Of a stretch of DNA of 53,032 bases, positions 1 to 10,279 are shown in pieces. Positions within the stretch are counted from its first letter, which is position 1, and each line of letters opens with the position of its first letter. A model generated the notes under the pieces. The model had not been told where the DNA came from, did not search any database, and worked only from the letters and a program-made list of their open reading frames with translations. Source of the stretch: a virus (taxonomy: Duplodnaviria; Caudoviricetes). The position numbers were made by a program, and so were the translations under genes. The stretch lies in IMG/VR virus record IMGVR_UViG_3300027872_000009, positions 1 through 53,032 of that record, one strand, 5' to 3'.

Positions 1-145
1 CCGTGAATTTGGCAAGGCTTTCGGCACCGACGCCACCCTTCAGGTCAAGGCGTTTTACCAGACGTTTTCGGCTGGTGCTTCCACACTGGCGGAAGCCACC
101 CGGACCCTTGACGTGGCGAACAAGCTGGCAATCGGCGGCGCGACC
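1..145. repeat. Terminal overlap with 52888-53032 (circular genome assembly)
   Basis: Positions 20-145 are identical to 52907-53032; there are 5 mismatches within the first 19 nt. Confidence 0.95.
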
Positions 146-2962
146 GATGTTGAGACTGCCGTGGATGGTTTGACTTCGGTCCTCAACGCCTATGGTGACG
201 CGGTCCGCGATGCAACCGACGTATCCGACAGCATGTTCGTTGCCATGAAGGCCGGCAAGACGACCATCGGGGAACTGGCGAGCGCCCTTGGCCGGGTCAC
301 GCCGTTGGCCGCTGCCTTGGGAGTATCATTCGACGAAGTGACGGCGGCCGTCGCGGCTCTGACCAAGGGCGGCGTCACAACCAAGATGGCGGTCACGCAA
401 TTGCAGGCCATCTTGACCAATATCGTCAAGCCGACATCGGAGGCGGCGAAACAGTCGAAGGTCCTTGGCATCGAGTTCAGCGCTGCCGCTCTACAGGCGC
501 AGGGCTTGCAGGGTTTTCTCGAAGGCGTGATCGAGGCGACCGGTGGAAGCACCGCCGTACTGGCGCAAATGTTCGGGTCGGTCGAGGCTCTTGGTGCGGT
601 GCTGGCGTTTGCTGGCCAAGCCGGTGAGGATTTCAATGCTATTCTTAAAGAAATGGAAAACAAGGCCGGCGCGACCTCAAAAGCCTACCTAACCATGGCG
701 GAAAGATTCGATAATCGATGGAACGTCGCCGTTGCCAAGGCGACCGATCTTGGCCTGACTCTGGGTAATGCTCTTCTGACCGTTTTGGTTCCGGCCCTTA
801 CGGCGCTTGCCGCCAATGCTGACGTTGCCGCTGCCGCGATGGCCGGGCTGGCTGTATTTTGGGCGGCTTCCAAGATTGCCGGGATGGCCGCATTCTCCAC
901 GTCAGCAACGGCCATTGCCACGGCCTTCCGAATTGTCGGGCCGGCTGCGGTGGCTGCCGCCGCAGGCATGTCTCTTTTGAGCGCAGCCATGGCAGCAATA
1001 AGCTGGCCATTGGTTGCTGCAGTTGCCGTTACTACGGCCATCGTTGTACTTGGCCGGTCCTTTGATGCATCGGCTAAAGCTGCCGATGCCTACAAGGATG
1101 CACAGGAACGGGTTAATTCCGCATTGGACGGAACGGCGAATAAGGCCGACACGGCGGCAGCGGCTATTCGAAGTAAGGCTGCGGCTGACGTTGATGCCGC
1201 CCGCACGGTTTTACGACTAGACGAGGCCGATCTTGCCCGGCGGCGTATTCAAGGAGCCATCCAAAGAAAGGTTGTTCCTGATTTTTCCGATGCCGAGGCT
1301 CAAATAGCAGTGGCACATGAAAATCTTGATTCATTGAATCGCACTTTACAGGGTGCCGCCATATCTGCTGCAAATGCAGCCGGCAACATAGGGGAAGCAT
1401 TTGCGCTTGCTACCGATGCGGGCGCGACAACGGCGGAAGGTCTCACAAAATTAGCGAATATCGATCTTGGCGGCGTTGTCGCCAATACCAAGTCCGTATC
1501 GAGCGCATTAAACGATGTTGGTCCGGCGGCAAAATCTACCATGGCCGGCATTCAGGACGTTGGAAAAGTGACGGCGGAAGTGCTGATCAATACCGTTCGT
1601 GAACTGACTGCTTTAAGCGGGGAACTTCGTTCTCTGGAAACTCAATTGTCATCCATGAAGAGCCAGCTTGCCAGTCTTGCCAATGTTCCATTGAAGGAAA
1701 TTTTCGGGCCGGTTGCAAAGGCAGAAATGACGACATTCCAGAGTGCGGCAGATAATTTCAGGAAGTCGGTCGCTGGTATTTTCGAGGAAATGAGAGCCGG
1801 CAAAGGTACGCCTGAAAAGATGGCGGCTTCCTTGGAATCAGCGCGCGAGGCTTTGATAGCGTTTGGCGGCGATTCTAACTTGATAAATCGCTTCGCCGAT
1901 GCGGTCATTAAGTCGCAATTTGAGGTGCAAAGGCTTACGGGAGACGTTACCGCGTTAAGCGCAGCCATTAACAATATTCAGGATAAAACGGTTCATATCA
2001 ATATCGAAACGCGGCGCTATGACGTGCCGGGTGGTCCGGTCACTGTCTCAAGTGCTTCCACGACCACATCGGTTCCGTTTGCCGATCAGCCGGCCACGCC
2101 ATTTGGCGAAACTCCCGTAGCGGCAACCGCCGGTCTGATTTCCGCGCCTGTCGATACAACCTTTGACGATCTTCCCGATACATTTGCCCACGGTGGCATA
2201 TCTCATGGACCGGCTATTTTTGGCGAGGCCGGCCCGGAGGCCGCCGTTCCATTACCGGATGGCCGGTCGATCCCGGTAACATTGACGGGGCCTGTCGCGT
2301 CTCCCGCTGGTGAACAGCAACCAATCTCGACGGAAACCGCGGCCCCGGCTTCGACCATTCAAAGCACGGTATCGGAATCGGCGACGCTCAAGGAGATTGA
2401 AATTAACACGGCGCAAACGGCTGCGTTCACGGAAAGGGCGCTTGGTTTTCTGGACACGATTGATGCCGATATTGTCGCGGCAATTAGCGAAATGCAGCGC
2501 ACACGAATCGCATCAACGGTGAGTCCGGAGAGAAGTGAAGGCGATGCCTTCCTGATCAGATCACAAGCACTTCTCAATTTGGCAACCGCCTCGAAACTCG
2601 CTGTTGATGCAAATGTCTTTGCTAATCTGAATGAAATCAATTCCCGGTTCCGAGGATTTCACGAGGGCGGCGTTATCCCGGCCAGCGGCAGCGGCAATGT
2701 TGACACCCGCGTGGTCGAAATACTCACCCGCCCGGACGAAACCATTGCGATCCAGACGCCGAAACAACGCAAGGACATGGTCAATAAGTTTGACGCGGAA
2801 TTTGAGCGCGGCAGAAGTTCCGGGCGCGGCATCAATTTCAACGGCCCTATCAACATTCACATACCGTCCAATTCGCGCGATGACCGGCGCTCGGCTCGCG
2901 CGCTGGCAGATGAGTTTACCCGGCAGGTGCAATCCAACCTGTCGCCACTCTATAAGGATTGA
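2..2962 (+). CDS. Tail tape measure protein (3' part; the gene starts at 52523 and spans the junction, ~1108 aa total)
   Basis: Ala-rich helical protein with a TP901-type TMP core (GKTTIGELASALG, TQLQAIL) and C-terminal FAHGG..GEAGPEA motif. The frame is continuous with the ORF from 52523 and follows the tail chaperones. Confidence 0.93.
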   Translation, partial: REFGKAFGTDATLQVKAFYQTFSAGASTLAEATRTLDVANKLAIGGATDVETAVDGLTSVLNAYGDAVRDATDVSDSMFVAMKAGKTTIGELASALGRVTPLAAALGVSFDEVTAAVAALTKGGVTTKMAVTQLQAILTNIVKPTSEAAKQSKVLGIEFSAAALQAQGLQGFLEGVIEATGGSTAVLAQMFGSVEALGAVLAFAGQAGEDFNAILKEMENKAGATSKAYLTMAERFDNRWNVAVAKATDLGLTLGNALLTVLVPALTALAANADVAAAAMAGLAVFWAASKIAGMAAFSTSATAIATAFRIVGPAAVAAAAGMSLLSAAMAAISWPLVAAVAVTTAIVVLGRSFDASAKAADAYKDAQERVNSALDGTANKADTAAAAIRSKAAADVDAARTVLRLDEADLARRRIQGAIQRKVVPDFSDAEAQIAVAHENLDSLNRTLQGAAISAANAAGNIGEAFALATDAGATTAEGLTKLANIDLGGVVANTKSVSSALNDVGPAAKSTMAGIQDVGKVTAEVLINTVRELTALSGELRSLETQLSSMKSQLASLANVPLKEIFGPVAKAEMTTFQSAADNFRKSVAGIFEEMRAGKGTPEKMAASLESAREALIAFGGDSNLINRFADAVIKSQFEVQRLTGDVTALSAAINNIQDKTVHINIETRRYDVPGGPVTVSSASTTTSVPFADQPATPFGETPVAATAGLISAPVDTTFDDLPDTFAHGGISHGPAIFGEAGPEAAVPLPDGRSIPVTLTGPVASPAGEQQPISTETAAPASTIQSTVSESATLKEIEINTAQTAAFTERALGFLDTIDADIVAAISEMQRTRIASTVSPERSEGDAFLIRSQALLNLATASKLAVDANVFANLNEINSRFRGFHEGGVIPASGSGNVDTRVVEILTRPDETIAIQTPKQRKDMVNKFDAEFERGRSSGRGINFNGPINIHIPSNSRDDRRSARALADEFTRQVQSNLSPLYKD

Positions 2963-3579
2963 TCATGGTCGATTTTCCGACGATCATCATCGAAGATTAT
3001 CTCGCGGTAGGCTTTACGGCCGGATCGGTGTGGGAGACGTCGGACGTGCGGGCGATAAGCGGTTTTTCGCAACGCAATCAACAGCGGGTCCGCGCCGTCC
3101 ATGAGTACCAGTACGGCGGGGCGGAAACGGCCATCGCCAACCTTATTGCGATCAAGGCTTTCCATTTCGAGGTTCGCGGAAAATTGTTTACGTGGTTGCT
3201 CAAGGACTGGACGGATTATATCTATGCCGGGGAACTGCTTGGCATCGGCGACGGGGCCGATACGACCTACCAAGTGATCCGCACCTATGGAACGGTCAAT
3301 CCCTATGTCCGCGACATCACGGCTATCAAGACCGGTACGCTGGCGGTTTATGTCAACGGCGTTGAGAAGTTCGACCCCGGCGACTACACCATCAGCGCGA
3401 CCGGGTTGATCACTTTTGGCGTCGCGCCACCGTCCAGCCAATCGGTCACGGCGGACTATGAATTTTATGTGCCGGTTCGGTTTCAGCAGGACGATTGTTT
3501 CATTGAAATTACCGGCCGCGACGCATCGTTCGGCAATATCTCGACGCTTGACGCCATTGAAGAATTGCCAAGCGTATGA
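2959..3579 (+). CDS. DUF2460-family distal tail protein (GTA-like)
   Basis: Motifs FHFEVRGKLFTWLLKDWTDY, GIGDGADTTYQ and TADYEFYVPVRF; lies directly after the TMP. Confidence 0.85.
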   Translation: MIMVDFPTIIIEDYLAVGFTAGSVWETSDVRAISGFSQRNQQRVRAVHEYQYGGAETAIANLIAIKAFHFEVRGKLFTWLLKDWTDYIYAGELLGIGDGADTTYQVIRTYGTVNPYVRDITAIKTGTLAVYVNGVEKFDPGDYTISATGLITFGVAPPSSQSVTADYEFYVPVRFQQDDCFIEITGRDASFGNISTLDAIEELPSV

Positions 3580-4505
3580 CCGTTAGAGCATTAAGCGGAG
3601 GCTTTGCAACTTCGGTTGGGGCGAGCGCATTGACGGTCGGCGTATTGCTGTCGATCACGATGCCGGACGCTACCGTCAAGCGTTTCAATTCGTTTGGCAG
3701 CTTGGCCTTTTCGTTTTCCGGTCAAACATGGTTCGGCTATCCCGGCTTCACGATATCCAACATGGCCTTGACCGACGGCAATGCTGCGCCGACGATCGAG
3801 ATTGAGCGCGGAGTCGGGCTGGACACTTTGCTGACATTCATCGAGGCCGCGAGCGGTATTGCCAGCGGCGCAAAGGTCGTCATTTACCTAGTCGATTTTG
3901 TCAGTGGAGCGAGCCACAATCTCGGGTCGAAGTGGCGCATAGGAAAGACCGATACTGAGCGAACCGGCTTTGTCGTATTTGACATCGTTTCGCTTACCCG
4001 CCGCAACAAGCAGCTATTTTTGAAGCGTTACGTTCCACCGTGCCAGTGGCACCTTGGCGACGCGGGTTGCGGCATTGATCTGGACGGTTCGCCGTCCTTC
4101 GTCGATACGGTGACGGTCGTCACCAATGCTGACGCCTATAATCTGACCGTAAGCGGATCGTCGCGGGCCGACGACGAGTTCAATCTTGGGGCCATGAAAT
4201 TTTTGACCGGGAACCTAACCGGGCAATCTTTCGACGTTCGCGACTGGACCTTGTCGGGCGGTGTGCTTGTTCTCGCCAAGCCGTTGACTGGGACGGCTGG
4301 AGTCGGCGACACGGCGACCATCCATACCGGTTGCGACAAGTCCAACGGTGCGGCAGGATGCGCCTTCTATAGCAATCAGGCGCGGTATTTCGGTTTCCGG
4401 CATCTGCAGGAAGATAATGCGGAAGCGGCCGCTGATCCGCCGCCGACATTGGAGCCGGAAAACGATCTAGGCTGGTGGTGGCAACCACGGGATTATGGAT
4501 GGTGA
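3576..4505 (+). CDS. DUF2163/BR0599-family tail hub protein (gpL-like)
   Basis: Cys motifs PPCQWHLGDAGC and GCDKS..GC..YSN..YFGF; synteny after DUF2460. Confidence 0.85.
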   Translation: MTVRALSGGFATSVGASALTVGVLLSITMPDATVKRFNSFGSLAFSFSGQTWFGYPGFTISNMALTDGNAAPTIEIERGVGLDTLLTFIEAASGIASGAKVVIYLVDFVSGASHNLGSKWRIGKTDTERTGFVVFDIVSLTRRNKQLFLKRYVPPCQWHLGDAGCGIDLDGSPSFVDTVTVVTNADAYNLTVSGSSRADDEFNLGAMKFLTGNLTGQSFDVRDWTLSGGVLVLAKPLTGTAGVGDTATIHTGCDKSNGAAGCAFYSNQARYFGFRHLQEDNAEAAADPPPTLEPENDLGWWWQPRDYGW

Positions 4506-4508
4506 TCC

Positions 4509-7500
4509 ATGGGGAATTGGGACAATTTCACCTACAACAACTGGGGCAACAACCCGGAGCCGACCGATACCGCTTCGGTTGTGGCGGCCGGCGGCGGCGG
4601 CAATTCGTCACCGCTTGATCGCGGTATCCCGAAGGGCGTGGGGCTTGTCGGTCGCAAGGGTGAAATCATCGTCGGTATCGATCATTTTGGTGGCATAAAA
4701 ACTACTGATGGCCGAAGTTCCGTCACTCTGGTTCTCGGCTTTCAGGATACTGATCTTGGCGGCGCTGCCGAACTGGTTTGGCTCAAGGCCGATGATCAAT
4801 TCATCTTTCGCGCACAAGCGCCAACGCGAGCGCCTACAGGTCCCTTTGTCGTCTATGATGGAACACAGACGGAAGTCGATCCGACAATCCTAGATGCCTT
4901 GGGAGCGCTTGAAACAACCATGTGGCCGGGCTTGGCCTACATCGTTATGAAAGATTTTGACCTGTCGCCATTTTCAGAGACGGGCGATGTTATTCCCAAC
5001 TTCTTTGCAGCATGGACAACCGATGCGACGGTAGCCGGCGGCGGCACCACGACGACGGCGGTCACGGGCGGCGCATGGTCCGGGGTTTTCGATGCGTCGA
5101 TGGCGATCGATTACACCACAAACCGGGGATATCTTTGGGTCTATGCCAATCCGTCTGAAGCCTACGTTGTGACCGTTGACCTGACCACGGAAGCGGAAAT
5201 CAGCCGCGTTCAATTAGACCCCGCACTGGGGCCTTACGGCTATTCCTTTGGGATGGTGTCGCTCCAAGGGACGGACTTCGTTGTCGTCGAATGTTTTACT
5301 CAAATTGTCCAGCCGGGCGATTCAGACATTGGGGGATTGCGGCTGATCAACGCCCGGACCGGAGAGGTGCTTGCCGATCTTGATGCGGTTCATCGGCTTT
5401 CCGGCGCAAGCGATGGATACTGGGAACCGGGCGTGATCGGCAGCGTTCTTTTGGAGTCGGGCGCGGCGACCAAGTACCTTGTCTTTTGTTTCGACTTTGC
5501 ATCGTTGGGCATCTTTCCCAGTGAGGTCAATGCGACGGACGGTATGATTGCACTCGCCGACATTACCAACGGCACATTGGAATGGATCGTCCACCCTGAT
5601 TTTGCGCCACTGAAAACAGCCAGCGGTCAGGAAACCGTCGATCACATGGTCGTGTCGGAAGTTTTCAACGGGCGGGCCACGGTATTCTTTTACTCGCAAA
5701 ACGACCGTACCGTTTACCGGGTCTTTGTGACCGCTTCCGGGGTGAGTGGCCTGACTGCAATTTACACGGATGGCACATCGGACATTGCCGGAATTGCCTA
5801 TGATCAAATCGACAATGCGATAATAGTTTCGACCATCGACGTTCGCATTATCAAATACGATCTGGACACGTCGATGGTCGTCTATGACGTGTCTAGATCG
5901 TCCGACACTGGCGGCCCCACCCTGTGGATGAACCCGTACAATTCAGACTCCTCTGCAACCGGCGATGCGTCAAAGCCCGGTTTCGGCGTGGGATATTCCG
6001 CCGGCGCAAACAAGTTGTGGCTTGTCGATTTTTCAGATGGTTCAATAACGGCTCTCAATAGCAGCTTTATAGATTTCATGTATTTCGATCAGTACCGGGG
6101 CAAGGTTTACGATCCGGCGGCTGTGGGTACGATCAGAATCCTTGCGCTTGGCGATCTAAATCCGAACAGCATCGACTTGCAGGATATCATTACAAGCCTG
6201 ATGATCTACAATGGCGACTACATTGCCGGGGATCTGAGTTTCACCAATTTTACCGGCGGCGAGGTCGAAGGGCTGGACGTTTCGTCGGACACGACGATTG
6301 ACGCGCTCTTGCGCGACGTAACCAGTCTCAACAGCGTCCGCGAAGTTCACGACGCCGGCAAGGTCAAATTCTCGATACCGACGCGCGACGGTGCGTTCGC
6401 GGTCGATGTGACGCTGGACAATAACCACATCGTTGATAGCGGCATCAGGCAGGAGATCGACGATCTCGACGTCGCCTATGAGCGGACCATTGTCAGCTTC
6501 GGAAATGTCGATGCGGACTTTGCCAAGACGCCACAGGAATTTGCCCGGCCCAACGGCGAATATGAAGTGCTTAAATCAAACAAGCGCCGGAACGTATCAA
6601 CGTCTTTGACCATGACCGCACCGCAGGCGGCCAAGCTGGCAAACCGGATCACCTATGAGTCCGATCTTGACCACAAAACTTACCGGCTGGCGATTATGCC
6701 TTCGCAGTTCAAAATTGAGCCATCGACGGTGATCCAGTTCCCATATGGCCCGAACGACGAGTTCACAATTGTCGCCGAAGTACGCCGCGCGACGCTTAAC
6801 AATGATCTATCGCAGGAAATTGAGGCGTCAGAGGCCCTACAAGACGTCCTGACGACGTTTTCGGGGTCGCCGCTTGTGGTTGTACCAGTCGCGCCGGAAA
6901 TTGCACCAGCGGCGCTTACAATACTCGACACGGCATTATTGACATGGGGTGACGATCTTGGGCAAAGCGGATTAAGGGGATATGCGATTTTGCATGGAAC
7001 CGGCACGGACAATATCAGCAACTCGCGGCTGTTCCTGTCTGAAAACGGGATCGACTATGCCGCGTCCGGTTCCCGCTCCGGCATCTCGCCAATCGGCGGG
7101 TACATCACGACGCTTGGCAGCACGCTACCCGACGATTTTCAAACCGACTTTCTCAATACCTTGACGGTTCGGATTACGGGCGGCGACGTGTCGCTTATGG
7201 CCAGCACAGATGAGCCGGGCCGGTACAGCCTCGTCAACTATGCGGTGATCGGCCAGCGCGGAAGATGGGTGCTGATTTCATACGAGGACATTTCCGTAAG
7301 CGGGCAAAGCGTTGTCCTGTCAAATATCATTTGGGGCATGAAGGGAACGGAAGTTTATTTGGATCAACTCAAGGTCAACGATCAATTTCACAACCTTGAG
7401 CCGAACGAAGTCCTTAAATTCAGTTCATCGACGGCTATCCTGAATGCCGATCTTTATTACAAGGGCGGCTACAGTGGTTGGTCGCTTCTGTCGTTGCCGA

Positions 7501-7865
7501 CGGTAAAAAACCTTGCGGACGGCGAGGCGGAAAAGCCATACGCACCGGTCGATCTGGCCGGCGTCGATAATGCCGGCGATGTCGATATGTCCTGCGGCTA
7601 TCGGGAACGGCTAGACCCGTTGCCGGTATTGACCGGCTTCAAGTCTGCCGGGTATTCCGACGGCACAGATTTCGAGTGGGATATCATGGACGGGTCGACG
7701 GTCAAGCGGACCCTGACATCGGCGACAAATTCGGTTACATATTCGTCGGCCAACTTCATTGCGGATTTTGGCAGTCCGGTTCCGGCGACGTTGACGTACC
7801 GGGCCTATCACATGAGCGGATTAGGCTTTAGAGGACATCGAGCGGAGGCAACGGTTACGCCATGA
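4509..7865 (+). CDS. Tail tip / host-specificity protein (J / GTA megatron-like)
   Basis: 1118 aa with WPGLAYIV..DFDL..F...IPNF and C-terminal LSNIIWGMKGTE; synteny. Confidence 0.85.
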   Translation: MGNWDNFTYNNWGNNPEPTDTASVVAAGGGGNSSPLDRGIPKGVGLVGRKGEIIVGIDHFGGIKTTDGRSSVTLVLGFQDTDLGGAAELVWLKADDQFIFRAQAPTRAPTGPFVVYDGTQTEVDPTILDALGALETTMWPGLAYIVMKDFDLSPFSETGDVIPNFFAAWTTDATVAGGGTTTTAVTGGAWSGVFDASMAIDYTTNRGYLWVYANPSEAYVVTVDLTTEAEISRVQLDPALGPYGYSFGMVSLQGTDFVVVECFTQIVQPGDSDIGGLRLINARTGEVLADLDAVHRLSGASDGYWEPGVIGSVLLESGAATKYLVFCFDFASLGIFPSEVNATDGMIALADITNGTLEWIVHPDFAPLKTASGQETVDHMVVSEVFNGRATVFFYSQNDRTVYRVFVTASGVSGLTAIYTDGTSDIAGIAYDQIDNAIIVSTIDVRIIKYDLDTSMVVYDVSRSSDTGGPTLWMNPYNSDSSATGDASKPGFGVGYSAGANKLWLVDFSDGSITALNSSFIDFMYFDQYRGKVYDPAAVGTIRILALGDLNPNSIDLQDIITSLMIYNGDYIAGDLSFTNFTGGEVEGLDVSSDTTIDALLRDVTSLNSVREVHDAGKVKFSIPTRDGAFAVDVTLDNNHIVDSGIRQEIDDLDVAYERTIVSFGNVDADFAKTPQEFARPNGEYEVLKSNKRRNVSTSLTMTAPQAAKLANRITYESDLDHKTYRLAIMPSQFKIEPSTVIQFPYGPNDEFTIVAEVRRATLNNDLSQEIEASEALQDVLTTFSGSPLVVVPVAPEIAPAALTILDTALLTWGDDLGQSGLRGYAILHGTGTDNISNSRLFLSENGIDYAASGSRSGISPIGGYITTLGSTLPDDFQTDFLNTLTVRITGGDVSLMASTDEPGRYSLVNYAVIGQRGRWVLISYEDISVSGQSVVLSNIIWGMKGTEVYLDQLKVNDQFHNLEPNEVLKFSSSTAILNADLYYKGGYSGWSLLSLPTVKNLADGEAEKPYAPVDLAGVDNAGDVDMSCGYRERLDPLPVLTGFKSAGYSDGTDFEWDIMDGSTVKRTLTSATNSVTYSSANFIADFGSPVPATLTYRAYHMSGLGFRGHRAEATVTP

Positions 7866-8368
7866 CGATCGAAAAGAAAAACCCGAATGCCACCACCATT
7901 GCCGCGACGCCGTTGGTCCTCACCGCTATCAATGATCGGATCAACCGCGAGGAAAGCGCCAACCACGGCATTTTCGACTTTGCCGTTGATGCCACTTCGG
8001 AGACGTTTACCAGCGCGCAATTTTGGGATGGCCATACGATACGCCTGACCGAAGGTTCGCCGGCTCCTGGCGGTGCCGTGACGATCACCGTACCGGGCGG
8101 CAGTCCGCCGGAACAGCGCGGCAATTTTCTTGTCGATAATCAGATGACGGAAGATTGTGGCTTTACGGTTTCAGGACAATCGGGAGCGGTGCCGGTTGTG
8201 CCGGCTGGCGAAACCGCGTTGCTCACATGCGACGGCGACGACGTTTCGTTCGCCGACACCTACAATATCAATTCGGAGGACGTCGACCTTGTCACCAAAC
8301 TGACGCAGGCGGCTTACGACGCGCTGAGTCCGCCGGAGGCCAGAACACTTTATTACATCGTTGGGTAA
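7862..8368 (+). CDS. Minor tail / fibre-associated protein
   Basis: C-terminal TQAAYDALSPPEARTLYYI motif, typical of phage minor tail proteins; translationally coupled. Confidence 0.6.
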   Translation: MTIEKKNPNATTIAATPLVLTAINDRINREESANHGIFDFAVDATSETFTSAQFWDGHTIRLTEGSPAPGGAVTITVPGGSPPEQRGNFLVDNQMTEDCGFTVSGQSGAVPVVPAGETALLTCDGDDVSFADTYNINSEDVDLVTKLTQAAYDALSPPEARTLYYIVG

Positions 8369-8371
8369 GCG

Positions 8372-8944
8372 ATGGCGGATCACAAGTTCGGCGCATCAAC
8401 TGTCGATGCCATTTATATCGGCGTCGACCTAGTCGACAAGGTCTACATTGGAGCGGACGAGGTATGGTCGACATCAGGTGCTTTTACCTTGGTGATGGGA
8501 TCGGGATCGTACCCGTATGTCGGGGCCGCCTTGGGCCTACCCTTCGGCCGTCAATTGCCCATGGGCGCGGGTGCTTATCCGTATGTCGGGGCCGACCTGA
8601 CATTGACGGCGGACCAAGGCGATTTCACGCTAACCATGGAAGCAGGCGCTTACCCGTATGTCGGGGCCGCCTTGGGCTTACCCGTTGGCCGCCAACTGGT
8701 GATGGGAGCCGGCGCGTATCCTTACGTCGGCGCGGATTTGGGATTGCCGACAGGCGTCTCCTTGACAATGGAAGCGGGGTCGTATGCTTACGTCGGGTCG
8801 GACTTGGGACTGGTATCCGACCGGCAGTTACCGATGGGGTCCGGGTCTTATGCCTACGTCGGGGCCGACCTGACGTTGACATTTGCCGCAGGTGGCGGTG
8901 GTGATCCTATCGGGCTTTTACTCTCACTCACAAAGGCAAGCTAA
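8372..8944 (+). CDS. Repeat-containing virion protein
   Basis: Six ~22-25-aa repeats LxMxxGxYxYVGAxLxL; N-terminal IYIG..VDKVYIGADEVW. Confidence 0.6.
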   Translation: MADHKFGASTVDAIYIGVDLVDKVYIGADEVWSTSGAFTLVMGSGSYPYVGAALGLPFGRQLPMGAGAYPYVGADLTLTADQGDFTLTMEAGAYPYVGAALGLPVGRQLVMGAGAYPYVGADLGLPTGVSLTMEAGSYAYVGSDLGLVSDRQLPMGSGSYAYVGADLTLTFAAGGGGDPIGLLLSLTKAS

Positions 8945-9552
8945 TGGCTGACAATGTAAGCATCACTGAAGGCTCCGGCACTGAGATTGCGGCCGACGAA
9001 ATTGGTTCGCCGCCGGTCAAGTTTCAGAAAGTCAAAATCACGCACGGGGTCGACGACACCGCCGACAATGCTGTTTTCGGTGCCGGCCTACCGGTCGATG
9101 CCGGCGACAATTTCCTTGTGCAAGTTGCACCGACCGTGACGGCGGGAGCCTATACCGCCGATGATTGTATCGGTGGCGAAATGACCATTTCAGCGGCGGC
9201 CCGCGCTTCGGGCAAGGGCGGTACGCTTGTCGGTATAACGATGGCAAGCAAGGCGACGGTCGCGGCCTTTGATGTCGAAGTTCTGATTTTCGACGCCAAC
9301 CCCGCCGGAACATATACGGACAACACCGCACTCGCCGTCACCGCTGCTGATGCGTTTCTGTTGCTTGAAGCCGTCCTTTTGGACAAACTTTCGGACCTTG
9401 GAACGCCGACCATGTTGACGGCGCGTAATCTCAATATTCCCTATGTGTGCGACGGATCGGCGGACCTTTTCGCCGTGGCGGTTAATCGATCTGCATTCAC
9501 ACCAGCGTCAACATCTGATCTGCAATTCACATTTCATCTGATCAGAGATTGA
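8944..9552 (+). CDS. Putative virion structural protein
   Basis: Beta-rich, Ala/Thr/Asp-rich, coupled to neighbours in the tail module. Confidence 0.5.
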   Translation: MADNVSITEGSGTEIAADEIGSPPVKFQKVKITHGVDDTADNAVFGAGLPVDAGDNFLVQVAPTVTAGAYTADDCIGGEMTISAAARASGKGGTLVGITMASKATVAAFDVEVLIFDANPAGTYTDNTALAVTAADAFLLLEAVLLDKLSDLGTPTMLTARNLNIPYVCDGSADLFAVAVNRSAFTPASTSDLQFTFHLIRD

Positions 9553-9553
9553 C

Positions 9554-10279
9554 ATGCTCGCTCGCAATCAAATCAGGCGCGATTCCGGTCGAATACGAAC
9601 GCCGCAACCGCGATGGGAGAACGTCGTATTTTTGTGTTCATGGGATGGTACGGACGCAGCAACGACAGCGACGGATGATAGTTCTCTGGGTTTAACGATT
9701 AGTTTCCAGAGTGATGCACAACTGGATACGGCACAGAAACGAATTGGCCCGTCGTCATTGCTCTTGGATGGAACCGGCGATGCCTGCGATGTTCCTAATA
9801 ATTCGGCCTACCACTTAGGAGCGGGTGATTTTACATTAGAAACGTATGTTAGGTTTAACAATGCTTCAACCGAAGCAGCATTGATGTTTATTTACACATC
9901 AGCAAGCAATCAAAGGGCATACGGAATAGAACACTATCCCGCTGGCGGCAATACATTGTTTTTTTATTGGTCAACAACTGGAGCAAATAGTTTCAACGTA
10001 CAAAGACCTTGGAATCCGGTGGCTAACCGATGGTATCATGTGGCGATCTGCCGTCGCGGAAATTTATTATATATGTTTTTAGGCGGAAAATTAATTGAAA
10101 AAGCGGAGCCGTTTACCTCTACAATTTTCAATTCTGGGCTTCGCGGAATGCATTTTGGTGAAATTCAGTCGAATATAATTAATCTGAACGGCTGGCTGGA
10201 CGAAACTCGCGTGACCGTTGGCGAAGGAATTTATGTAAAGGATTTTGTTCCGCCGCAATCAGCATTTCCGAGGCAGTGA
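9554..10279 (+). CDS. LamG / concanavalin-A-like lectin domain protein (candidate receptor binding)
   Basis: SSLLLDGTGD, GDFTLETYV, WYHVAICR and LNGWLDETRVTVG motifs; visibly AT-richer than its flanks. Confidence 0.8.
   Translation: MLARNQIRRDSGRIRTPQPRWENVVFLCSWDGTDAATTATDDSSLGLTISFQSDAQLDTAQKRIGPSSLLLDGTGDACDVPNNSAYHLGAGDFTLETYVRFNNASTEAALMFIYTSASNQRAYGIEHYPAGGNTLFFYWSTTGANSFNVQRPWNPVANRWYHVAICRRGNLLYMFLGGKLIEKAEPFTSTIFNSGLRGMHFGEIQSNIINLNGWLDETRVTVGEGIYVKDFVPPQSAFPRQ

Noticed and set aside
7862-10279. Diversity-generating retroelement targeting tail proteins
   Set aside because: No reverse transcriptase and no adenine-variable TR/VR pair seen.
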